A DNA stretch of 64,000 bases, taken from contig CP051546.1 of the NCBI GenBank assembly GCA_012837155.1, positions 897,404 through 961,403 on the forward strand. Direction: 5' to 3'. The stretch is from Flavobacterium sp. (GTDB taxonomy: Bacteria > Bacteroidota > Bacteroidia > Flavobacteriales > Flavobacteriaceae). Every line of letters starts with the position of its first letter. Position 1 is the stretch's first letter. The notes under the pieces are model-generated. The model was not told the DNA's origin. It did not search any database and was given only the letters and a program-made list of their open reading frames with translations. The position numbers were made by a program, and so were the translations under genes. Below, piece by piece: positions 42,792 to 55,200 of the stretch.

Positions 42792-42918
42792 TTTCATAAT
42801 GTTGATACCTTTTGATTTTTTATCGGTCATGTGTAATTGCTTAGCCTATTCGCTATCGCTCGGGTCACATATCATCATTGGTGTTTGCGACCCAATAACG
42901 GTCGTACTCATTTCATAC
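42792..42918. repeat. Dispersed ~90-bp repeat, copy 2, with a ~27-bp internal insert
   Basis: Aligns with 3427-3524. Extra TGCTTAGCCTATTCGCTATCGCTCGGG at ~42838-42864. TTTCATA at 42792-42798 and 42911-42917. Confidence 0.85.
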
Positions 42919-43255
42919 CATTCGATTGCTTTTTCCGAAAGGAATTGATAACAATACTCCTGTTGAACCCCCTTTTTGTTTATTACTAATGAGAATCTAT
43001 TTTCTTCAGGAAGTAGTAATTTTTTTTGGTCAATTTGGTACAGGTTTACCAAGATGGTATTATTTATGCGAAAATAGACTAAGAATATCTTAAATTGTAC
43101 GAAAATAGAGTGGGATTTTATAAAACTGAATAGGATAAAATCGTATATTTGACTTATGAAAGAATTTGTATCAACAGAAATTGTTTTATGAAAAAACAAG
43201 ATAAAATAAATCGTTAAATAAAAACAATTAAAAAAAATCTCAAAATTCTAAACCT

Positions 43256-44264
43256 ATGAAAATTAAATTACTTTTTCTTTTTGTTATCCTTTTTTCTTTA
43301 AAAACAAATGCACAAACGGTAACCGCTCTTCAACAACAAAATGCAAGAGCAACAGGATATGCTATTGTAGCAGCAAGAAATCCAGGTAAAAGTTTCTCTG
43401 TTTTAATGGTAAAATGGGATGGAGTTAACACTTTAGACTATAACGCTATGACACAAATAAATCAGGTATGGCACGCACAAGCAGCGGTAAAAGGCAATTA
43501 TTTCGACCAAACATTTAATGGTACTGATTTTACCGTACAGTTCAGTAATCGTAAGTCAAGCTGAATTTGACACCTACAAATCTACGGGTACAGATTGGTG
43601 GATAGTTTGTTCCCCTCTTCCTGCTTTTAGTAATTCTGGATTAACGATTGCGGAAAATGGTAATATAGGTATTGGTGAGGTCTCTCCTCCCGTTAAACTT
43701 GTTATTAAAGATGGTAATCAAAATTTAAATTTTTTAACAAATCAAAAATTACTAGGAACTTGGCCTCCTTCGTCCGAAGCAACTACTATGACAATTCAAT
43801 CTTCTGGATCATTTTCTGGAAATTTAGCCTTTGCAACTGGCAATAATGAGAATATGCGAATTGTTCCTAACGGCAACGTTGGCATCGGTACCACGCATCC
43901 CGACGAAAAACTTACCGTGAAAGGGAAAATACATGCCGAAGAAGTAAAAGTAGATTTGTTTGTTCCTGCTGACTACGTTTTTCAAAAATACTACACCGGA
44001 AAATCGGAATTGAAATCAGATTATTCTTTGCCAACATTGGCAGAAATCGAAAGTTTCAGCAAGAAAAATCATCATTTACCTAATGTACCATCGGCAAAAG
44101 AAATGCAACAAAATGGGGTGTCACTAGGCGAAATGTCGAATGTTTTACTCCAAAAAGTAGAGGAACTTACATTATATGTCATCGAGCAAAACAAAGAATT
44201 GGAAAGACAAAACAAAACTATTGCAACCCTTGCTACAAGATTGGCAAGTTTTGAAAAAAAATAA
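43256..44264 (+). CDS. Secreted GNVGIGT-repeat fibre-like protein 1 (frameshift ~43530-43550)
   Basis: Signal peptide, GNIGIG / GNVGIGTTHP repeats, C-terminal DYVF..HLPNVPSA..LLQKVEELTLY coiled coil. ORFs 43256-43564 + 43518-44264. Confidence 0.7.
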
Positions 44265-44291
44265 GATAAAAAAATTCAAAATTCTAAACCT

Positions 44292-45515
44292 ATGAAAATC
44301 AAATTATTATTTTTAGGATTATTCCTTTTTGGAATAACAGTTACTAGAGCGCAAATTTCTACTTCTACGGGAGGGGCAACCAATGTTTTGCCTAATGTGC
44401 CAAGCACAAATACCAATGTGGGTATAGGAACCACAAATCCAACGGGAAAATTAGACATTATGGGCCCTTATGCAGAAGTTTCATTGAATGCAAATTCTCC
44501 TGCATCTGCAAATTTCAGAACTGGTGGTCACGTCCAGTTGGCAATTAATACTTCTGCAACAACACCATATACCACTTCATTGCAATCTAAACATGCAATA
44601 TCTGACGGAGGTTTCTATCCAATTGCATTAAACCCTTTAGGGGGCAATGTTGGAATAGGTACAATTAGCCCAAATTCAACATTAGATGTTTATGGAAATT
44701 TAAAAGTCGGAGCATCAACAATAGGTACTGTAAATGCAATTGAAGTTGTCACAAATTTAGGATCCCCTTTCTCAGGCAAATTATTGTATGGCACTGACAA
44801 CACAGGATGGAAATTCGCAATAAGCAAGAAAAATGGAAGTACCATTACAGATCAATTTGCCATTCAAGATAATGGTAATATAGGTATCGGAACTACTACA
44901 CCTAGTTATAAATTGGATGTAAATGTGGCTTCGGTCAATGATAGATTCCAAGTTCAACAAGCGGGTAATGTAAAATTTTATGCTAGTGGTGATGGTGTTG
45001 TTAAATGGGGACATTCTGCAGATTTTGGATGTTTAACTTGGGATACTGATTTAGCTATGATTGGAGGTCTATCTGGGAAAGCTTTATCATTGCGTGCTAA
45101 TGGAACTGATCAAGTTAGAATTACTACTGTTGGCAACGTAGGCATAGGAACCACCACCCCAGACACAAAACTCACCGTAAACGGAAACATCCATGCCAAA
45201 GAAGTCAAAATCGATCTAAGCATTCCCGCACCCGATTATGTTTTTGCTCCAGATTACAAACTCAAAACGCTTCAGGAAGTAGAGAAGTACATTAATAAAA
45301 ACAATCACTTACCCGAAATACCATCAGCAGCCGAACTTGAGAAAAACGGACTTATGCTCGCCGAAATGAACATGAGTTTGTTGAAGAAAATAGAAGAAAT
45401 GACGCTTTATATGATTGAGCAAAATAAAGAATTGGAGCGTTTAAAAACAGAAAACAAGAATTATAAACTGTTGTCTGAAAGATTATCAGCAATTGAAAAA
45501 GAGTTAAAAAAATAA
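44292..45515 (+). CDS. Secreted GNVGIGT-repeat fibre-like protein 2
   Basis: Signal peptide, four (G)N(V/I)GIGT repeats, same PDYVF..HLPEIPSA..LLKKIEEMTLY C-terminus. Confidence 0.8.
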   Translation: MKIKLLFLGLFLFGITVTRAQISTSTGGATNVLPNVPSTNTNVGIGTTNPTGKLDIMGPYAEVSLNANSPASANFRTGGHVQLAINTSATTPYTTSLQSKHAISDGGFYPIALNPLGGNVGIGTISPNSTLDVYGNLKVGASTIGTVNAIEVVTNLGSPFSGKLLYGTDNTGWKFAISKKNGSTITDQFAIQDNGNIGIGTTTPSYKLDVNVASVNDRFQVQQAGNVKFYASGDGVVKWGHSADFGCLTWDTDLAMIGGLSGKALSLRANGTDQVRITTVGNVGIGTTTPDTKLTVNGNIHAKEVKIDLSIPAPDYVFAPDYKLKTLQEVEKYINKNNHLPEIPSAAELEKNGLMLAEMNMSLLKKIEEMTLYMIEQNKELERLKTENKNYKLLSERLSAIEKELKK

Positions 45516-45519
45516 GAAT

Positions 45520-45975
45520 ATGAAAAAGTATTTACTACTACTATTTCTAGGGTTTTCACTATTTACTAAAGCCCAAAATCAAGATAAAATAATTTTTGAT
45601 TACGATGCGGCAGGCAACCAAATTAAAAGAGAGTTGTGTTTAAGTTGTACCAAGACGGGTTATAAAACCAAAGCTCCAAAAGAAATCGCTGCGCTTCAGG
45701 AAGAAGATTTACAAAAATTCTTTCCAGAAGATGTTATTTCCTATTATCCCAATCCAGTAAAAGAAGAATTGTATCTTAAATGGGAACTCGTGGCAGACAA
45801 AACCGTTAGCTCGATTTATTTGTATGGTATAAATGGGCAAGTTTTAAAAACGTATGACAATCTTGAGAAAGCGAACAATCTAAACATTCCATTCTTTAAT
45901 TACCCAACAGGGACTTATCTGGTTGTTTTGGCATATAGTGATGGAAAACAAAAAACAATAAAAATTGTAAAATAA
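45520..45975 (+). CDS. Small T9SS type-A sorting-domain protein with one YD repeat
   Basis: Signal peptide, FDYDAAGNQIKR, CLSC, then CTD motifs YPNP, GTYLV and C-terminal KIVK. Confidence 0.85.
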   Translation: MKKYLLLLFLGFSLFTKAQNQDKIIFDYDAAGNQIKRELCLSCTKTGYKTKAPKEIAALQEEDLQKFFPEDVISYYPNPVKEELYLKWELVADKTVSSIYLYGINGQVLKTYDNLEKANNLNIPFFNYPTGTYLVVLAYSDGKQKTIKIVK

Positions 45976-46781
45976 CAATAAGTATGAAGAAATATTACTA
46001 TATCCTACTATTTTTGGGCTTTAGTTTTTTTGTAAAGGCTCAAGATTTAGGAGGTACACCTGTACAGGGCATAATTCCTATAAAAAGAATCAGCACCACA
46101 ACAAAAGCCACGGGCGATAGTGGCAGCAAAATTAGTAAAACCAGTACAACAGCCAAAACAGCAGCTGTAATCACAACCCCATCTTCCACAGGAACTTCTA
46201 ATGAAGTAGGTATTACCGAAGGGCAATTGTCGGTTTCACTTTCTGGAGGGGCTAATTATTCGATTCCTATTGCAGTACCTCCCGGTATTAATGGAGTGGT
46301 GCCACAACTAGGTTTGGTTTATAACAGTCAGGGAAGCAATGGTGTGGCGGGTTATGGCTGGAATATTTCCGGAGTATCTGCTATTACTCGCATTCCTAGG
46401 ACCAAGTTTCACGATGGTATAATTGGAGGTGTAAATCTCGATGCGAATGACCGTTTTGCCTTTGACGGACAACGTTTGATTTTAAAATCAGGCACCGTTT
46501 ATGGAGCAGCAGGTACAATTTATGAAACCGAAAATTTTTCAAATGTAAAGGTTACTGCTGTTGGAGTATCGCCATTAGGTGCAAATTATGGGCCTGCTTC
46601 TTTTTTGGTAGAATATCCCGATGGTTCTAAAGCGGAATATGGAGCTACTACCGGTTCTCGTTCTATTACCACTTGGGGTATTACCTATTGGGAAAACCCA
46701 CAGGGGGTTAGGATAAGCTATACATACAATTTGTCCAATAACAATTTAAGTATTCAATATATTGAATATGGTAGCATTGGT

Positions 46782-48037
46782 CAGGTCAAACGCATTAAAA
46801 ACCATTAAATTTTAAAATGATTTTTTTAATATAACCATCTGAAATACAACGAATTAAATTTGTTTTAGCAAATTAAATTTTGTATATTTATCTGATAATC
46901 AGATGCTTAATATGAAATTAAAAAACAAATTGTTTATATTTGCTCAAACTATTCCAGACTTTAGATTGAACAGAAAAAAATTACACCCTTCGGAAAATAT
47001 TGTTTTCATAACCATACTTGCCGTCATATGCGGGGCAGAAACTTGGGAAGAAATTGAAGATTACGGCATTGTTAAGCGTGAGTTTTGGAAACTATCTTAG
47101 ATTTAGAAAACGGGATTCCTTCTCACGACACGTTTAATCGTTTTTTTCTCTTTGCTAAAACCCTCTTTTTTCGAAGAACATTTCGTGTCTTGGATTAAAT
47201 CAATATCTAACCATTACAAGGGTGTCGTGGCAATTGACGGCAAAACAGTTCGAGGTTCTAAGCAATCTGGATTGAAGTCTGCCATTCATTTGGTAAGTGC
47301 TTTTTCTACAGAAAACGAAATCTTTTTAGGTCAAATTAAAACAGAAGAGAAATCAAATGAAATTACGGCAATCCCAGAACTTTTAAAAGTGTTAGACCTT
47401 GAAAATGCTATTATTACCATAGATGCAATGGGTTGTCAAACAGATATAGCAGAAGTGATTATTGAACAAAAGGCAGATTATATTTTGGCGGTAAAAGAAA
47501 ACCAAAAAGAATTATATCAAGATATTGAAAGTGCTTTTTTGATTCCCTCAAAAGACAAATCAAAAATTTATATAACCGAGGAAGTTGGTAGCGGAAGGGT
47601 AGAAAAAAGGACTTGTACTGTGATGGATGATTTGAGTCATTTATTAAATCCAACTAAATGGAATTCATTACAATCTATTGCAAAAATAGAAAGTGAAAGG
47701 TTTATAAAATCAACTGGTAAAACACAGAAATCAACTCGGTTTTATATAACAAGTTTACCTTGTGATGCCAAGAAAATAGCGGATGCTGTTCGTTCACATT
47801 GGAAAATTGAAAACAATTTACATTGGCATTTAGACGTTTCCTTTGGAGAAGATAAGAGTAGAAAAAGACATAAAAACGCGGCACAAAATTTTTCGTCAGT
47901 CTTGAAATTATCATTAAAAATACTGCTCAATGAAACAATTAGTCCTGTAAAGAAGAGCGTCAGAAGAAAACGTAAAATAGCAGGTTGGGATAATCATTAT
48001 CTTTTATCTTTGTTCAACTTTTAATGCGTTTGACCTG
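46782..48037 (+). mobile_element. ISAs1-family IS, copy 2, in Rhs gene
   Basis: Same 19-bp TIR, 10-bp TSD TAGCATTGGT. The transposase has two compensating T-run indels. Confidence 0.96.
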
Positions 48038-50968
48038 TAGCATTGGTTCCAACACTCCTATTAATCAAATTCAATTTGTATATGCACCGAGACAAAGACC
48101 TGAGCAATCTTATGTAGCAGGGCAAAGTATCCTAATGAACACCATATTAAGTGAAATAAAAACTATTGGAAATGGGGTGGGTTTTAGGAGTTATGTTTTA
48201 GAATCAGAACAAACCTCCCTAGGATACCAACGACTTAAAAGCATTACCGAAAAAAGTGGAGATAATTTAAAAAGTTATAATCCTACGGTGTTTAGTTATG
48301 ACACGACTAACAATGCTAATTTATTTAATATTCAGGATCCTACCATAATAAGTTTATCTGAAATAGATTATAATAATACTGGAAAAATTTCAGGAGATTT
48401 TGACGGTGATGGTAAAACGGACTTTTTACTTTATCCCACCAAAGGGGCAGACAGCAAAGCTAAATATTGGCTATTTTCTGAGATTAACTCTCAAACGAGT
48501 CTTAACATAGGTTGGGAGCACCCTGTAGGTAAATTTGATGAAATTTTTCCCGTTTCTTGGTTAAGCTGGAACAATAAGTTGATGCCAATGCAAGGTTGGA
48601 CGGTAATTAAAGGTCTTTCAACAGATGCTACCACATTTACTACTTATTGTGTTGGGTCTACAAGTCCAATTTATTATCAATACGAAAAAGCATATAATTT
48701 TCCAAAATTCACTTACTACAATGATTATAATTGTGGTAATACGAATTCAATGCAAAAACAAGCAAGTAAAGCAGCAAGTAGGATGATTATCCCAATTGAT
48801 GATAATGAACCACCCGCACCCACACCAATTGAACTAACTATACCTAAAAGTTATGTGAGCGGAGATTTTAATGGGGATGGTCTCACAGATGCTGTAGTTA
48901 TCGAAAAGCCAATAAGCTATTCTTATCAATCGGGGTGCTACGGTTATTCAACAACACGTGCTGGAGGACAGGCTTATTTTGTAAATTTAGACAGAAGATT
49001 AACTGCCAATTTTGTAAATCAAGCAGGTTACATAACTTCTAGTGCAACTAGCGAGTTTGAAGTTGCTGATTTTAACGGTGATGGGAAAGCGGACATTTTT
49101 GTTTTTGATACAGGCTATATAAAAGTGTATACCCTAAATGATGCTAACTATTTTGTCTTGCTGTATCAAAATACGACCTCAGATGCTAGTATTGTTCTTG
49201 ATAAACCGTTTTTGATGGGGGATTATAATGGTGATGGAAAAGCTGATTTTGTTATGCCAACAGCAGTAGATCAGGACAGTTGGAATTTCTATTTGTCTAC
49301 TGCTACTTCTTTTAATAAGTTTACCAGTTCTATTGGAGTGAAATTTAAGCAGTTTGAATATGGTTTTTATGGTGTTATGGGTTGGGATCCTCTTTATACT
49401 TATAGTTTAAATGAGAATAGTTTTATTGCGAATGATTATAATGGAGATGGTAAAACAGATATTCTTTACCAGCAGAACTTAACAGTTGAACGCATTGGTA
49501 ATGATTATTCAAGCAGAGGAACTTCTCAAATTACAAAACTAATATTACTTGAAAATAAATCAATAACAGGAAATGCCATCAATTTTAGTGTGGCAACTAC
49601 CCCTGCAAAATTTAGTGGAGTAAAAAGAGCCCCCATTCCAATATTTACTAATCATAACAAAATCAATCAGAGTTTAGAATATTCAGTAATCAGTAATAAT
49701 GTCATACATTCTTTCAAGGGTTCAATTGATACTAGAGAAGATGTGGCTCACATAAAAAAGTTGGGGAGAAGTTCTAAATTTGTCTAAAAAAACAAATGGA
49801 TTTTTCAATTTTTTCTTCCTTTTTACCAGAAGGGCTATTGATACATTTTGATATTGTCGATTTCAAAGAGTTAGGAGATTTACATACAAAGAAAGACTGT
49901 TTATTCATTTATTTAGATGAGAAAAACATACTGCCAAATAATTATGATTTGAATGAATTTGAGTCAAAAGGATTCTACGAACGAACTTTAATTCAAGACT
50001 TTCCAATTAGAGGAAAGGCGGTTTATTTAGGCATTAGAAGGCGTCGATGGCGAAATAAATTTGATAAATCAATAGAAGTTAAAAGTGATTATACTTTTAT
50101 AGCAGAAGGTTCAAAATTGACCGTTGAACTTTCTGATTTTTAAAAGATACAGGTCGAGACCCGAGAAGATACGATAAGTAATATCGCCAGTTATTACGGA
50201 GTCAAAGCCAATTTATTGCAACGCCATTACAAGAAAAAAGTTAGTGGATTTAAGGATTGGGATCAGTTCAATCACTCCGAAGATTATTTGATTTATCCTC
50301 AGAATATAGGTGAAAATCTAGGAATTGATGAGTTAAGTTTGTCAAAAGGAGAACTCTATACCTTTGTAACCAATAAAAACGGTAGAGGCAAGAAAAAAAC
50401 ATTAGTAGCAGTTATAAAAGGCACTAAAAGTCAAGATATTATTGATGTTTTAAACAAAATTCCGTTAGAAAAAAGGAAGTTGGTAAAGGAAATTACCCTT
50501 GATATGGCTAATAATATGCAATTGGCTTCAAGAATATGTTTTCCAGAAAGCAATTTGGTTACCGATCGTTTTCACGTAGTAAAGCTGGTAATGGAAGCCT
50601 TGCAACATCAAAGAATTAAGTTACGATGGGAAGCAATTGAAAAAGAAAATCAAGCCATTAAAATAGCCAAAGAACAAGGAATTAAATATGTTCCTATCGT
50701 TTTTGAAAATGAGGACACTCCAAAACAATTATTAGCTAGAAGCCGTTATATTATTGCTAAAAAAACAAATGAATGGACTCCTAATCAGAAGGTAAGAGCC
50801 GAATTGTTATTCAAAATTTATCCACACTTACATCAAGCATATAAACACACTCTCGAGTTCAGGAACATCTATGAACAAACCTCAAAAGAATTAGCCAAAG
50901 AACAATTTTTTAAACTGGATTGAAAAACAAAATTATTAAAATTAAATGATTTTAATACCGCAGCAAAC

Positions 50969-52223
50969 CAGGTCAAACGCATTAAAAACCATTAAATTTT
51001 AAATGATTTTTTTAATATAACCATCTGAAATACAACGAATTAAATTTGTTTTAGCAAATTAAATTTTGTATATTTATCTGATAATCAGATGCTTAATATG
51101 AAATTAAAAAACAAATTGTTTATATTTGCTCAAACTATTCCAGACTTTAGATTGAACAGAAAAAAATTACACCCTTCGGAAAATATTGTTTTCATAACCA
51201 TACTTGCCGTCATATGCGGGGCAGAAACTTGGGAAGAAATTGAAGATTACGGCATTGTTAAGCGTGAGTTTTTGGAAACTATCTTAGATTTAGAAAACGG
51301 GATTCCTTCTCACGACACGTTTAATCGTTTTTTCTCTTTGCTAAAACCCTCTTTTTTCGAAGAACATTTCGTGTCTTGGATTAAATCAATATCTAACCAT
51401 TACAAGGGTGTCGTGGCAATTGACGGCAAAACAGTTCGAGGTTCTAAGCAATCTGGATTGAAGTCTGCCATTCATTTGGTAAGTGCTTTTTCTACAGAAA
51501 ACGAAATCTTTTTAGGTCAAATTAAAACAGAAGAGAAATCAAATGAAATTACGGCAATCCCAGAACTTTTAAAAGTGTTAGACCTTGAAAATGCTATTAT
51601 TACCATAGATGCAATGGGTTGTCAAACAGATATAGCAGAAGTGATTATTGAACAAAAGGCAGATTATATTTTGGCGGTAAAAGAAAACCAAAAAGAATTA
51701 TATCAAGATATTGAAAGTGCTTTTTTGATTCCCTCAAAAGACAAATCAAAAATTTATATAACCGAGGAAGTTGGTAGCGGAAGGGTAGAAAAAAGGACTT
51801 GTACTGTGATGGATGATTTGAGTCATTTATTAAATCCAACTAAATGGAATTCATTACAATCTATTGCAAAAATAGAAAGTGAAAGGTTTATAAAATCAAC
51901 TGGTAAAACACAGAAATCAACTCGGTTTTATATAACAAGTTTACCTTGTGATGCCAAGAAAATAGCGGATGCTGTTCGTTCACATTGGAAAATTGAAAAC
52001 AATTTACATTGGCATTTAGACGTTTCCTTTGGAGAAGATAAGAGTAGAAAAAGACATAAAAACGCGGCACAAAATTTTTCGTCAGTCTTGAAATTATCAT
52101 TAAAAATACTGCTCAATGAAACAATTAGTCCTGTAAAGAAGAGCGTCAGAAGAAAACGTAAAATAGCAGGTTGGGATAATCATTATCTTTTATCTTTGTT
52201 CAACTTTTAATGCGTTTGACCTG
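50969..52223 (+). mobile_element. ISAs1-family IS, copy 3, intact, nested in ISL3
   Basis: Same TIR, 9-bp TSD GCAGCAAAC. Confidence 0.96.
51089..52210 (+). CDS. ISAs1-family transposase (intact, 373 aa)
   Basis: Uninterrupted ORF with IDGK, TIDAMGCQ, HWKIENNLHW. Confidence 0.95.
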   Translation: MLNMKLKNKLFIFAQTIPDFRLNRKKLHPSENIVFITILAVICGAETWEEIEDYGIVKREFLETILDLENGIPSHDTFNRFFSLLKPSFFEEHFVSWIKSISNHYKGVVAIDGKTVRGSKQSGLKSAIHLVSAFSTENEIFLGQIKTEEKSNEITAIPELLKVLDLENAIITIDAMGCQTDIAEVIIEQKADYILAVKENQKELYQDIESAFLIPSKDKSKIYITEEVGSGRVEKRTCTVMDDLSHLLNPTKWNSLQSIAKIESERFIKSTGKTQKSTRFYITSLPCDAKKIADAVRSHWKIENNLHWHLDVSFGEDKSRKRHKNAAQNFSSVLKLSLKILLNETISPVKKSVRRKRKIAGWDNHYLLSLFNF

Positions 52224-55200
52224 GCAGCAAACAGCTTAAAATATCATTTAGAAACCATTTTAAACTTCTTCATCAAACGACATACAAATGCAAACGCAGA
52301 ATCATTTAATTCTAAAATAAAACTCTTTAGAGCAAATCTAAGAGGTGTAGTTGATGTGAAATTCTTTCTATTCAGAATGGAAAAACTTTTTGCTTAATCC
52401 CCAAAAAATTACGTGAGCCGAAGATGTTTTGTTGAAGAAAATTACCACTGGGAACGGAGTTACAGAATCCGTCACATACAACCCATTACGGCAGGATTAT
52501 TACGAGTCCATTTATACCCCTAGTGCTTATACCGAAACATATCCTAATATTGATATAGTAGTTGCCCCCAGTTTTCAAGTTGTTACTAAACTCGAAAAAC
52601 AAAGTGCCTCTGTTTACAAAAAGCAATTGTTTTCCTATGCAGGAGCAACTTCCAATGTAGAGGGATTAGGGTATCTGGGTTTTCGTGCTTCGATGCGCAC
52701 CAACTGGTTCAATAATGATGCTCAAATCATTAGTTCCATCTCCAAATTTGACCCTAGTTTGCGTGGTGCTAATGTAGCCAGTTATACCTATCTTGGATTA
52801 GTTCAACCCTCAGTTGCAGTTAATTCCTCAGCCCCAAACATTCCTAGAACGAGTGCCATCACGATAAACAACACCAGAACAACGACCGAAACGGTACAAG
52901 CAACTAACAGTATTCGATTCCTGCCCGGTGCAACGATATCGCCTCCAGCAGGAAATACTTTCGTAGCTCAAATCACGCCCGATTATGATGCCAATGGTTT
53001 TGCCGAAACCAATACTGTTCCACCAAGTAATTTGATAAGCAAATCATTGTCGTTTTACGAAGCAAGCATGTCCCCAACTAAAGTGTATACCCTACAAAAC
53101 ACACAATCAAATAGCTACAACATTCTAGAAAATACCAGTAGTGAAACCGTTACAGTATACGATAGTTACCATAATCCTACGGAGTCCATCAGCAAAACAA
53201 GAAATGGAGGAGTTGGCGAGCAAACTACTATTAGTGCCATAACTTATCAGTCCCCTAGCATTTCTCCTTATGTTGTGGGCAGACCTAGCAGTAAGACCCA
53301 AAAGATAACGGCTTCTGGAGATACCATGACTAGTGAAGAATTGTATGCCTACACAAATCAGCTACTTACTCAGGTAAAGAAAAAAGGAAATAATACGGAC
53401 TATATTACCGAAGACAACACCTACGATACCTTTGGTAATATTACAAAAAAAAACAATTACAGCTCCTGGACTCACACCAAGAGTTACCCATTATGAATAC
53501 GATTCATCGGGACGTTTTTTAACAAAAAAGCATTGATATTGAAGGATTGGCAACAAGCTTTGCTTACAACCCTAGTAACGGATTATTGAACTCTGAGACC
53601 AATCCGTATGGCTTAACCACCGCCTATCTATACGATTCTTGGTTCAAGAGAACAAAAATTACCGATTATTTAGGCAAGACCAAAACACTTGACTATGCTA
53701 GAAGTGGCACAACAAATACACTCATTACTTCCACAGGAGGCGATGATGGTAGTTATAGCCAAGAACTGTATGATGAACTAGGTAGAAAAATACGGTCAGG
53801 GATAAAAGACCTTCAAAACAATATGTCCTACAAAGATTTGAATATGACATCTATGACCGAAATTACAGAGTTAGTGAACCTCATACGGGCAGTCCCTCAT
53901 TATGGAATACCACTACTTATGATGTGTATGGTCGCCCAAAACGGTTACCGACTTTAAGGGTAAAGTGATGAGTATGACCTATAACAAATTGACTACCACC
54001 ACAACAGATAGCAGCACGGGGAATACTAAAACTGCTACCAAAAATGCTATGGGCAATGTCATTACAATGACCGATGCCCCAATAGGAGGCACAGTAAATT
54101 ACAGCTATTTTGCCAATGGTAACCTCAAGGAAACGAACTATGCAGGTACCAAAATAGCTATAACCCAAGACGGTTGGGGACGAAAAACCAGTTTGATAGA
54201 TCCTTCGGCAGGGACTTACACTTATGACTATAATGCTTTGGGTGAAATGATAAAAGAAACGACGCCAAATGGCGCAACCACCTATAATTTAGATGCTTGG
54301 GGCAAGCCTAATTCAAAACCATAGTAGGCAAGAATACGGATACTAATACAGTTTATACCTATGACACAGTAGCTAGCAAGTTGCTCAAAAAAACGGTATT
54401 TACTGATGCCAAAGATGCTAGCAACACGATTACCACCGACTATTTTTACGATGCTAAAAAACGACTAGAAAAAACAATAGAAACCACAGGTTACGGGGCT
54501 GTTTTTACCAAAACACTCTCTTACGATGCTTGGGGTAGAGTGGCTACCGAAACCAGCGAGGCTAGTCTTAACGGAAAATCGAGTAAAACGGTAATTCAAA
54601 ACGATTACAAAAACGGCTTTGCGTATAAAATAACAGATACTCAAAATCCTAAAATTCTTTGGGAAACCAAAGAAATCAATGCTCGAGGGCAGCTGACCAA
54701 AGCCACTTTAGGCAACGGAATTGACATTGTAAACACCTACGACAGCAGTAATTATGGTTATTTGACTAACACTAAGCATACATTAACCGCTACTACTGCC
54801 ACGATTATGGAACTGACCAACGATTTTGACTCGCAACGAGGCAACCTCAACTGGCGCAAAAACAGTCTTTTTGGCAATGTTCAGGAAAACTTTACGTATG
54901 ACACACAAGATCGTTTACTTACTTACCCCAACGCACAGGGTGCAATGGTAAACCAAAGCTACGAAGCCGATGGACGCATCAAGGAAAATACATTAGGAAC
55001 CTACAACTATGCCAACACGGCAAAAAAATATCAAAACACCTCGGTAACCTTAACGCCCGATGCCAAAGCCTATTACCAAGCCACCCCTTTGCAAACGGTA
55101 AGTTACAACGTTTTCAAGAGTCCCGTAGAAATAGTAGCGACAGGCGTAGACAAAATGAGTTTTGTTTATAACGACAACAACAGCCGTAGTGTGATGTTTT

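Larger units (their letters stand above)
49745..52419 (+). mobile_element. ISL3-family (ISAon1-like) IS in Rhs gene, interrupted by ISAs1
   Basis: Ends GGCTCACATAAAAAAGTTGGGGA / TCCCCAAAAAATTACGTGAGCC, 8-bp TSD GAAGATGT. ORFs with IQDFPIRGK..RRRRW, GIDELSLSKGELYT, DRFHV, NAESFNSKIK. Confidence 0.92.

Noticed and set aside
42724-43199. ORFs 42724-42948 (+) and 42846-43199 (-)
   Set aside because: They overlap the dispersed repeat and an AT-rich promoter region and show no family motifs; not supported as genes.
43256-45515. Prophage tail-fibre genes or DGR targets
   Set aside because: The proteins have Sec signal peptides; no phage structural genes, reverse transcriptase or adenine-specific TR/VR pair are visible.
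48024-49787. Stand-alone 587-aa FG-GAP protein
   Set aside because: Its start comes from the ISAs1 TIR and its end from the ISL3 end; it is an internal Rhs fragment.
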